DNA from: Armatimonadota bacterium
GTDB taxonomy: Bacteria; Sysuimicrobiota; Sysuimicrobiia; Sysuimicrobiales; Humicultoraceae
Direction of reading: 5' to 3'
DNA length: 13,964 bases
NCBI GenBank assembly: GCA_037446215.1
Contig: JBBIJB010000016.1
Span: 18,635 to 32,598, forward strand
The notes beneath the pieces are model-generated. The model was not told the DNA's origin, did no database searches, and saw nothing but the letters and a program-made list of their open reading frames with translations. Position numbers and translations under genes: made by a program. Numbering within the stretch: position 1 is the first letter of the stretch; each line of letters opens with the position of its first letter. Shown one piece after another: positions 1 through 7,167 of the stretch.

Positions 1-2
1 TC

Positions 3-2009
3 GTCATCGCCACTCAACGCCCCGAGACCATACTGGCCGACGTGGCGGTGGCCGTGCACCCCGACGACGATAGGTACCGGGGGATCGTCGGAAGCGAGGT
101 CGTGGTGCCCATAGTCGAGCGGCGAGTGCCCGTGATCGCCGACGCGAGGGTTGACCCATCGTTTGGAACAGGGGCCCTCAAGATCACCCCGGGCCATGAT
201 CCGACGGACAACGAGATAGGCGCCTCCCACGGGCTCCCGACCCTTGTCATCCTCGACGAGGCCGGCCGCATGACGGCCGACACCGGGCGATACGCGGGCA
301 TGGAGAGGTTCGCCGCCCGAGAGGCCGTGGCCGGCGAACTGGAAGAGGCGGGGTTGATCGAGCGCAAGGAGGCCTACGCGACCAACGTGGGCCTCTGCGA
401 CCGGTGCAAGACGGTGCTCGAGCCCTACATTACCGACCAGTGGTTCTGCAGTATGGCCGAGCTGGCCAGGCCTGCGATCGACGCCGTGAAGGATGGAAGG
501 GTGAAGTTCCACCCGGAGCGGTGGACCAGGGTCTACCTGGAGTGGATGGAGAACATCCACGATTGGAACATCAGCCGGCGGCTCTGGTGGGGGCATCGCA
601 TCCCGGTCTACCACTGCGCCTGCGGGGCCCACACCGCCGCCCGGGAGGCTCCCGCCTCCTGTCCGAAGTGCCAAGGAGAGCACCTGCGCCAGGAGGACCA
701 GATCCTGGACACCTGGTTCTCATCGGCAGCCTGGCCTTTCGCCACGCTGGGCTGGCCGCGCGAGACCTCCGATCTGGGCTACTTCTACCCGACGGACGTG
801 TTGGTCACCGCCCGCGACATCATCTTCCTGTGGGTGGCCAGGATGATCATGTTCGGGATCGAGTTCATGGGCGAGGTCCCGTTCACCGATGTCTACATCA
901 ATCCGACGGTGATGAACATCGAGGGCAGGCGGATGAGCAAGTCGCTCGGCACCGGGCTCGACCCACTTGACTACGTGGAGCAGGGCTACGGCGCGGACGC
1001 GCTGCGCTTCGCCCTGGTGCTGCGCTGCTCGCAGGGCCAGCAGGACCTCCGGTTCGGCGAGAAGATGCTCGAGGACGTGCGGAACTTCAACAACAAGATC
1101 TGGAACGCGTCGAGGTTCGTCCGGATGCACCTCGAGGGCTTCGACGATCCCTCGGCCGGGGGGGAGGCGGGAGAGTCGCTTAGCCTCTTCGAGAGGTGGA
1201 TACGCAGCCGGTACGCCCGCTTGGTCAAGACGGTCACGGAGTCGCTGTTGGCGTTCGAGTTCGACAGGGCCGCGCGCGCCATCCACGAGTTCGTGTGGTC
1301 CGAGTTCTGCGACTGGTATCTGGAACTCGCAAAGGTCGACCTCTACCGTCCCGACCTGGCTGGAGGCCGCAGGCGAGCGATCCAGCAAACGCTCTGGGAG
1401 GTCCTCGAGGGGACGATGCGGCTGCTGCACCCCCTGATGCCTCACATAACCGAGGAGATCTGGCGGTCGCTGCCCCACGTGGGCGAGACGATCGTCACGG
1501 CGCCCTGGCCCGCGGGGCTTGACTCCTGGATAGACGATGCCGCCGAGGACGAAGTTGGCACGCTGATCGGGGTCGTGCGCGCGATCCGGTCGCTCCGATC
1601 GGACCTCGGCATCCCTCCGGGGGCGCAGATCTCGCCGGTACTGGAAGCGGGAAAGCAGGGGAGGGCCCTGCTGGAGGGCCATAGGGAGTACATCGTCGCG
1701 CTGGCCAGGGCGGAGGGGCTGGCTGTCGGGGAGCCGGCAGAGCACCCTCGGGGCACGGTCGGCACGATGGCCCGGGGCGTGGCCATCTCGGTAGCGGTCG
1801 CCGAGTCCGACAGGGAGCGCGCCGCCGCTCGCCTGGAGGCCGAACTCAAGGCTGTCGGCGCGGACCTCGGCAGAGCGGCCAAAAAGCTTGCGGATCCGAA
1901 ATTCGTCGGCCGAGCCCCAAAGGAGATCGTTGCGGAGGAGCGGCGGCGTGAGGCCGATCTCCGCCTCCGCGAAGAGGCCCTCAGGGGATACCTCGCAGCG
2001 CTGAGGTAG
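3..2009 (+). CDS. valS: Valine--tRNA ligase, 5'-truncated by the window edge
   Basis: Frame is open from position 3 (VIATQRPETILADVAVAVHP, the ATTRPET editing-domain motif). Also FGTGALKITPGHD, DWNISRRLWWGHRIP, LDTWFSS, KMSKS-equivalent RMSKS, GADALRF, FCDWYLE, LLHPLMPHITEEIW, and the ValRS C-terminal coiled coil (KKLADPKFVGRAPKEIV). Confidence 0.98.
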   Translation, partial: VIATQRPETILADVAVAVHPDDDRYRGIVGSEVVVPIVERRVPVIADARVDPSFGTGALKITPGHDPTDNEIGASHGLPTLVILDEAGRMTADTGRYAGMERFAAREAVAGELEEAGLIERKEAYATNVGLCDRCKTVLEPYITDQWFCSMAELARPAIDAVKDGRVKFHPERWTRVYLEWMENIHDWNISRRLWWGHRIPVYHCACGAHTAAREAPASCPKCQGEHLRQEDQILDTWFSSAAWPFATLGWPRETSDLGYFYPTDVLVTARDIIFLWVARMIMFGIEFMGEVPFTDVYINPTVMNIEGRRMSKSLGTGLDPLDYVEQGYGADALRFALVLRCSQGQQDLRFGEKMLEDVRNFNNKIWNASRFVRMHLEGFDDPSAGGEAGESLSLFERWIRSRYARLVKTVTESLLAFEFDRAARAIHEFVWSEFCDWYLELAKVDLYRPDLAGGRRRAIQQTLWEVLEGTMRLLHPLMPHITEEIWRSLPHVGETIVTAPWPAGLDSWIDDAAEDEVGTLIGVVRAIRSLRSDLGIPPGAQISPVLEAGKQGRALLEGHREYIVALARAEGLAVGEPAEHPRGTVGTMARGVAISVAVAESDRERAAARLEAELKAVGADLGRAAKKLADPKFVGRAPKEIVAEERRREADLRLREEALRGYLAALR

Positions 2010-2056
2010 CGCCTCGCCCGGAGGAGTTAGGGAGCCGCCGCCGAACATGGCACAAT

Positions 2057-2572
2057 GTGCGCTCCCCTAACTCACTGCTGCTCAGCGCCGCGGTCATAGG
2101 GCTGTTCCTTCTCTCGGTCGCGGCGGGCTACTTGGTAGGGGAGAGGTACCTCAAGCCCAGGCCGACTCCCCCGGGAGAGGCGTTCGCACCCTCGAAGGTG
2201 CAGCCTGGGCCTGCGGGCGCAGCCAGGACCCCGGCGCCCGCGACTCCGACCGCCCCGCCCCTGCCGGCCGTGGCGCCGGCCACTCCCGAGCCAGTGCCTC
2301 CATCTCCAGCGGCTCCCCAACCCGAACCCGGTCCACCCACGCAGCCGCCCGAGGCAGCCGTGCTCCACAGGGTGCAGGTCGGGGCCTTCGCATCCAGGGA
2401 GAACGCCGACGCGACAGCGGAGGCGCTGCGCGCAAAGGGGTTCACCCCCTACGTGGTCCGCGAAGGGGGCCTGTTCAAGGTGCGCGTCGGCGCCTTCAGA
2501 GACAGGAGCCATGCCGATCAGCTCGCAGAGAGGCTGCGGGCGGCCGGCTTCGAGGTATCGATCGCACGCTAG
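2057..2572 (+). CDS. Membrane-anchored SPOR-domain (peptidoglycan-binding) protein, FtsN/DedD-like architecture
   Basis: N-terminal hydrophobic helix ([22 protein letters not shown]), Pro/Ala-rich linker, then two SPOR half-repeats ([14 protein letters not shown] and [14 protein letters not shown]). The GTG start lacks a well-spaced RBS, so the exact start is uncertain. Confidence 0.9.
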   Translation: MRSPNSLLLSAAVIGLFLLSVAAGYLVGERYLKPRPTPPGEAFAPSKVQPGPAGAARTPAPATPTAPPLPAVAPATPEPVPPSPAAPQPEPGPPTQPPEAAVLHRVQVGAFASRENADATAEALRAKGFTPYVVREGGLFKVRVGAFRDRSHADQLAERLRAAGFEVSIAR

Positions 2573-2583
2573 GAGGCAGAGGG

Positions 2584-3357
2584 GTGGACTACGCTAACAT
2601 CCTCGTCGAGCAAGATAGGGCGGTTCGGATCATCATGCTCAACCGCCCGAAGGTTCTAAACGCGCTCAACCAGCAGACAATGAGCGAACTGGCGGACGCG
2701 CTTGAGTCCGCGGACAAGGACGACTCCACGAGATGCATGGTGCTGGCCGGTGGCGAGCGTGCCTTCGCGGCCGGCGCCGACATTACCGAGTTCGCCGATG
2801 CCGATGCGGTTGGCATGCTCACGCGGTACCGATTCGAGCAGTGGGAGAGGATCCGGAGGCTCAGCAAGCCGATCGTCGCCGCGGTGCAGGGCTACGCACT
2901 TGGCGGCGGGTGTGAACTGGCGATGCTGTGCGACATCGTCGTCGCCGGAGAGGGGGCAAGCTTCGGCCAGCCCGAGATCAACATCGGGATCATCCCCGGG
3001 GCCGGGGGCACCCAGCGGCTGAGCCGGGCCGCGGGGAAGGCCGCCGCCATGGATCTGATCCTGACCGGACGCCGCGTCAGGGCCGGCGAGGCGCTCCAGA
3101 TGGGGCTGGTCAGCCGCGTCGTGCCCGATGCCGCCGTTCTCGACGAGGCGAAGGCAGTGGCCCAGGAGATCGCCTCGCGTCCCCCGATCGCGGTCCGGAT
3201 GGCCAAGGCCGCCATCCTCAAGGCCTTCGACACCGACCTCGAGACCGGACTCGAGTTCGAGCGCCAGGCCTTCTACCTGCTGTTCTCGACAGAAGACAAG
3301 ACCGAAGGCATACGCGCGTTCCTCGACAAGAGGAAGCCCGAGTTCAAAGGGCGCTAG
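2584..3357 (+). CDS. Enoyl-CoA hydratase (crotonase superfamily, PaaF/EchA8-like)
   Basis: Motifs [47 protein letters not shown] (both catalytic Glu present) and C-terminal [25 protein letters not shown] at 2571-2576 before the GTG. Confidence 0.95.
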   Translation: MDYANILVEQDRAVRIIMLNRPKVLNALNQQTMSELADALESADKDDSTRCMVLAGGERAFAAGADITEFADADAVGMLTRYRFEQWERIRRLSKPIVAAVQGYALGGGCELAMLCDIVVAGEGASFGQPEINIGIIPGAGGTQRLSRAAGKAAAMDLILTGRRVRAGEALQMGLVSRVVPDAAVLDEAKAVAQEIASRPPIAVRMAKAAILKAFDTDLETGLEFERQAFYLLFSTEDKTEGIRAFLDKRKPEFKGR

Positions 3358-3442
3358 CGCAACTCCCCAGGGAGGAGAAGAGGAGAGTACGCCCACGGCG
3401 CGCGGCACGGCGTCGGCTCCGGGCAGACCCTTGAGTCGGTGA

Positions 3443-3470
3443 AGTTAACATAAGAGACATTATACGAAGT
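3443..3470 (-). other. dif: dif site (XerC/XerD chromosome-dimer resolution site)
   Basis: Minus strand reads ACTTCGTATAA-TGTCTC-TTATGTTAACT (11-6-11). The XerD arm differs by one base from E. coli TTATGTTAAAT, and the XerC arm resembles B. subtilis ACTTCCTAGAA. It is an AT-rich intergenic island in GC-rich DNA, close to the switch in gene orientation. Confidence 0.9.
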
Positions 3471-3492
3471 ACCCGGAGGATCGGAAACGCCC

Positions 3493-3506
3493 CGAACAGG
3501 TGTTTG
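3493..3506 (+). promoter_or_regulatory. LexA operator (Gram-positive-type SOS/Cheo box)
   Basis: CGAACAGGTGTTTG matches CGAAC-N4-GTTYG. It lies directly upstream of lexA and overlaps the predicted -35. Confidence 0.88.
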
Positions 3507-3532
3507 CATTGCGGCGGCTTCGTTGGTATCAT
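3504..3532 (+). promoter_or_regulatory. Sigma70-type promoter of lexA
   Basis: TTGCAT (3504-3509), 17-bp spacer, TATCAT (3527-3532), with extended -10 TG at 3524-3525. Confidence 0.75.
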
Positions 3533-3564
3533 GGGTCACGGACCCTCTGACTCGGGAGGTCGTG

Positions 3565-4176
3565 ATGGCCTCAGGACTCACCGGCCGCCAGCAGGAGATC
3601 CTCACCTTCATACAGCGCTTCGCGGACTCCCACGGATACCCGCCGTCTGTCAGGGAGATCGGACAGGCGATGGGGCTCACGAGCAGCTCCACCGTGCACA
3701 GTCATCTGGAGGCCCTTGAGCGAAAGGGCTACCTGCGCCGGGATCCGAGCAAGCCCCGTGCCCTTGAGATACTGCGCGACAGAGAAGGCCTCGCCCCTCG
3801 CCCTGCCCTCCTCCCGCTCGTGGGAGGTGTCACGGCCGGCGAACCGATCCTCGCGGAACAGAACATCGAGGGCTACCTGCCTCTGCCGGCCGAACTGGTG
3901 GACGGCGCGGAGGGGTTCGTCCTGCGGGTGCGCGGCGACAGCATGATCGACGATGGGATCAGGGACGGCGACCTCCTGGTGGTGCGGCGCCAGCAGAGCG
4001 CGGCCAACGGCGAGATCGTCGTCGCACGCCTCGATGACGAGGCAACGGTCAAGCGGCTCTATCGCGAGGGAGACCGCGTCAGGCTGCAACCATCCAACGC
4101 TGAGATGAGCCCCATCTACGCGAGGGATGTCATCGTCGAGGGAAAGGCGGTCGCGCTTCTCCGCCGCCTCCGGTAG
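3565..4176 (+). CDS. lexA: SOS repressor LexA
   Basis: Winged HTH (LTGRQQEIL...GYPPSVREIG...SSSTVHSHLEALERKGYL), Ala-Gly cleavage site (VTAGEP), catalytic Ser (GDSM) and Lys (ATVKR). Start moved from the ORF-track 3523 to ATG 3565, which follows the RBS GGGAGGT (3554-3560). Confidence 0.97.
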   Translation: MASGLTGRQQEILTFIQRFADSHGYPPSVREIGQAMGLTSSSTVHSHLEALERKGYLRRDPSKPRALEILRDREGLAPRPALLPLVGGVTAGEPILAEQNIEGYLPLPAELVDGAEGFVLRVRGDSMIDDGIRDGDLLVVRRQQSAANGEIVVARLDDEATVKRLYREGDRVRLQPSNAEMSPIYARDVIVEGKAVALLRRLR

Positions 4177-5998
4177 CCTCTCTCGCCCGGGGCTGCCTCG
4201 GCGCTCCTGCCGCGCCGAAACGATGCCGGAGGCGCACGGCCAGAGGCCCGGGCAGTTCTGCATCGACGAGAATGCCCGTCCGGGTGTAGCGCCTGTCGAT
4301 GACCCTCCCCTCTGAGTGCAGCTGAGCGATCAGCCGACCCTCGCTGTAGGGAATCCGCAGCCTAACCCTGAGCCAGGGCTCGGGGAGCCGCCTGCCCATC
4401 GCGTCCAGGAGGCGGTCCAGACCTTCACCCGTCGCGGCGGAGACTACCACCGCGTCTGGATGCTCTCGCGCCAGCGCGGCTCGCGCGGCGGGCACCAGGC
4501 GGTCAGACTTGTTGAGCGCCGCGAGAACGGGCAGATCCCCTGCGCCGATCGAGTCGAGCACCTCCTCGACGACGCGCGCCTGCTCAGGCCAGTCCGCTCG
4601 GCTGACGTCGACCACGTGGAGCAGCAGGTCCGCGGCCACCACTTCCTCGAGGGTTGCCCGGAAGGCGGCGACGAGTTCGGTGGGCAGTCGCTGGATGAAG
4701 CCGACCGTGTCCGCGAGCACCACACTCCTCTTGTTGGGTAACTGCAACCGCCTCAGCATAGGGTCGAGGGTCGCGAAGAGACGGTCCTCGACGAACGCCC
4801 CGGCCCCGGTCAACCGGTTCAGCAGGGTCGACTTCCCCGCGTTGGTGTATCCGACGATGGCCACCTGTGGTAGGGCCGCCTCGTGCCTGGGCTGGCGCTG
4901 GCGCCTGCGGTGGCGCTGTATGCCGTCGATCTCGCGCTGGAGATCCGCTATCCGTTGCCTGATCCTGCGGCGGTCCACCTCAAGCTTGGTCTCACCCGGC
5001 CCCCGGGTGCCGATGCCTCCTCCCAGGCGTGAGAGCCACTGGCCGCGGCCGGACAGGCGGGGCAGCAGATAGCTCATCTGGGCCAGCTCGACCTGAAGCC
5101 TCCCTTCGCGGGTCTGCGCGCGCCTTGCGAAGATATCCAGCACCACGGCCGTCCGGTCCAGCACCTTGACGCCCAACTCGCCCTCAAGGGTCCTCTGCTG
5201 CACCGCGGTGAGCTCCTCGTCCACCAGGACCACATCGGCCGCGTGCTCCTCGACGGCCCGGAGGACCTCCTCCACCTTTCCACGGCCGATGTACCGCCCA
5301 GGGTCGGGGCGCTGTCTCCGCTGCGTGACGCGGGCCACGGGCTCTGCGCCGGCCGTCCTGGCGAGGCTGGCGAGCTCCTCGAGGCTGTCACCCACGCCGC
5401 CCTTCCCATCTGCGCCTGCCATCGCCACGAGCACCGCTCGCTCCGGTCCGGTTCCCTGGGTCTGGACCGGCCCGGCGCGTCGCCTGGCTGCCTCTGCCTG
5501 CCTGACAAGGGCACCGAGCTCCTGGTGCGCGAGCTCATCGACCGCGAAGGGTCCCTCGACGACGAGATCAACGGAATCGCCCCCGGGCCCGCCTGGGGCG
5601 ATCTCCAGCAGCCATAGATCGGTTGGATCACCCCGGTGGGTGCCGACCGTGGCCACGAGGTCCAGGTCGAGGAGCCTAATCGCGCGCCTGTCGCCCTCGT
5701 CGGGTCGGCCGTCGGGACGCGGGTGTGCCTCGACGTAGTGCAGGCTGCCGCCGCCCGGCGCGGTTCCCATCTCCGCGAGTTGCTGCCAGCGCCGGCTGAC
5801 CACCACGTGTGCGACCGATCCGTGCCTGTCAATGAGGACGCCCACCTCTCGCCGCAGCGCGTGCGCGAGGTGGGCAAGGATCCCTACTAGGTCCACCCCC
5901 GCGATACGGTTGTGGGGCGCCCGCCTCCGGGTGAGCGCCTCCAGCATCCGGCGGTGGGTGGCCTCGACGGTACGAGGCACTCCCCACAGCTCTGAGAT
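4130..5998 (-). CDS. hflX: GTPase HflX, long form with an extra N-terminal domain
   Basis: SLEELASLARTAG, LDIFARRAQTREGRLQVELAQ, GGGIGTRGPGETKLEVDRR, G1 GYTNAGKST, G2 LFATLD, G3 DTVGF, G4 NKSD. Start placed at ATC 5998 by inference; alternatives are GTG 5980 and ATG 5947. The ORF-track start 6199 lies inside dapL. Confidence 0.95.
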   Translation of the reverse strand: MSELWGVPRTVEATHRRMLEALTRRRAPHNRIAGVDLVGILAHLAHALRREVGVLIDRHGSVAHVVVSRRWQQLAEMGTAPGGGSLHYVEAHPRPDGRPDEGDRRAIRLLDLDLVATVGTHRGDPTDLWLLEIAPGGPGGDSVDLVVEGPFAVDELAHQELGALVRQAEAARRRAGPVQTQGTGPERAVLVAMAGADGKGGVGDSLEELASLARTAGAEPVARVTQRRQRPDPGRYIGRGKVEEVLRAVEEHAADVVLVDEELTAVQQRTLEGELGVKVLDRTAVVLDIFARRAQTREGRLQVELAQMSYLLPRLSGRGQWLSRLGGGIGTRGPGETKLEVDRRRIRQRIADLQREIDGIQRHRRRQRQPRHEAALPQVAIVGYTNAGKSTLLNRLTGAGAFVEDRLFATLDPMLRRLQLPNKRSVVLADTVGFIQRLPTELVAAFRATLEEVVAADLLLHVVDVSRADWPEQARVVEEVLDSIGAGDLPVLAALNKSDRLVPAARAALAREHPDAVVVSAATGEGLDRLLDAMGRRLPEPWLRVRLRIPYSEGRLIAQLHSEGRVIDRRYTRTGILVDAELPGPLAVRLRHRFGAAGAPRQPRAREATGGGGEARPPFPRR

Positions 5999-6009
5999 CG
6001 GCTTCCCCC

Positions 6010-7167
6010 CTAGCCGTAGGCCCGGCGTATTCGGGCCAGGGCCTCGTCGAGGCGGTCGTCCGGGGTCGTGAGCGACAGGCGGACGTAGCCTCCGCCGCGC
6101 TCTCCATATCCGATGCCCGGGGTGATGACGACCCCGACCCGCTCCAGGACCTCGGCGGCGAACTCGACAGACGTCCGTCCGCCCGGCACCGGAACCCACA
6201 CGTAGAGGGTCGCCTTGGGGTTAGGAGCACTCCAACCGACAGAGCGAAGGGTCTCCACCACGCGGTCTCGCCTGGACTTGTAGGCCTTCAGTGTTGGGTT
6301 GATGACATCCTGCGGGCCCGTCAGGGCGGCGATAGCGGCGTGCTGCACCGCCCGGAACACACCGGAGTCGACGTTCGTCTTGAGCGTTCCCAGCGCCGAG
6401 ATGGCCTCACGGCAGCCAACCGCGAAGCCGACGCGCCACCCGGTCATGTTGAACGTCTTTGAAAGTGAGTGGAGCTCAACTACCACCTCGCGAGCCCCCT
6501 CCACCTGCAGGATGCTGGGCGCTACATAGCCGTCGTAGGTGATCTCGCTGTAGGAGTTGTCGTGCACGAGCAGCAGCCCATGCTCCTGCGCGAACGCCAC
6601 CGCCTTGGAGAAGAAGCTCAGGTCAGCCGTCGCGCCCGTCGGGTTGTTGGGATAGTTGAGGAAGACCAGCCGGGCTCTCTTGAGGACCTCCCCTGGAATC
6701 GCTTCGAAGTCGGGTAGGAACCCCCCTTCTTCCATCAGTGGGAGCGGATAGGGCTCCGCGTCCGCCATTATCGTGGACGACCTGTAGACCGGGTAGCCCG
6801 GGTCTGGGATGAGCGCAACGTCACCCGGGTTCAGCACGGCCCAGGGCAGATGGGCGAGCCCCTCCTTGGACCCTATCAGGGCGAGCACCTCGTCGTCCGG
6901 ATCGAGTGCTATCTGGAAGCGCGCACGGCACCACTCGGAGGCCGCCCGGCGGAACTCCGCGGTCCCCAGATAGGGAGGGTATCGGTGGGAGCGCGGGTCG
7001 CGGGCGCCCTCCTCCAGCGCCGCTACGATGTGCGGCGGCGTAGGGAGATCCGGGTCCCCCACACCCAGGTTTACCACGTCCACACCCCTGGCCTGGAGTT
7101 GCTGCTGTTTGCGATCCAGGTCTGCGAAGAGGTAGGCGCCTACCCTCTGGAGCCGATCCGACTGCAT
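6010..7167 (-). CDS. dapL: PLP-dependent class I/II aminotransferase, most likely LL-diaminopimelate aminotransferase
   Basis: N-terminus DRLQRVGAYLFADLD...GVDVVNLGVGDPDLPTP, LIGSKEGLAH, FLNYPNNPTGA, HDNSYSE, PLP-Lys motif HSLSKTFNMTGWRVG, KTNVDSGVF. ATG 7167 overlaps the miaA stop (TGATG) and follows AGGAGG. Substrate specificity is inferred from family resemblance. Confidence 0.82.
   Translation of the reverse strand: MQSDRLQRVGAYLFADLDRKQQQLQARGVDVVNLGVGDPDLPTPPHIVAALEEGARDPRSHRYPPYLGTAEFRRAASEWCRARFQIALDPDDEVLALIGSKEGLAHLPWAVLNPGDVALIPDPGYPVYRSSTIMADAEPYPLPLMEEGGFLPDFEAIPGEVLKRARLVFLNYPNNPTGATADLSFFSKAVAFAQEHGLLLVHDNSYSEITYDGYVAPSILQVEGAREVVVELHSLSKTFNMTGWRVGFAVGCREAISALGTLKTNVDSGVFRAVQHAAIAALTGPQDVINPTLKAYKSRRDRVVETLRSVGWSAPNPKATLYVWVPVPGGRTSVEFAAEVLERVGVVITPGIGYGERGGGYVRLSLTTPDDRLDEALARIRRAYG

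Noticed and set aside
3..960. ValRS motif variants ATQRPET and RMSKSLGT
   Set aside because: These positions vary among ValRS proteins, and the key residues (RPET, the second Lys of MSKS) are intact. At most a taxonomic marker.
2042..2056. CGAAC upstream of the SPOR gene as an SOS box; TGG-CACAAT as a -10
   Set aside because: The second half-site is absent (CGAACATGGCACAA), and the -10-like hexamer abuts the GTG with no spacing.
3457..3470. 14-bp identity to loxP (ACTTCGTATAATGT on the minus strand)
   Set aside because: The second arm is TTATGTTAACT after a 6-bp spacer (XerD-type), not the loxP inverted arm after 8 bp. dif explains it, so it is not evidence of engineering or phage P1.
5999..6199. 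ORF-track N-terminal extension of hflX (likewise miaA 8136-8297 and lexA 3523-3564)
   Set aside because: The hflX and miaA extensions overlap the upstream genes out of frame, and the lexA extension starts within its promoter. None shows family similarity.
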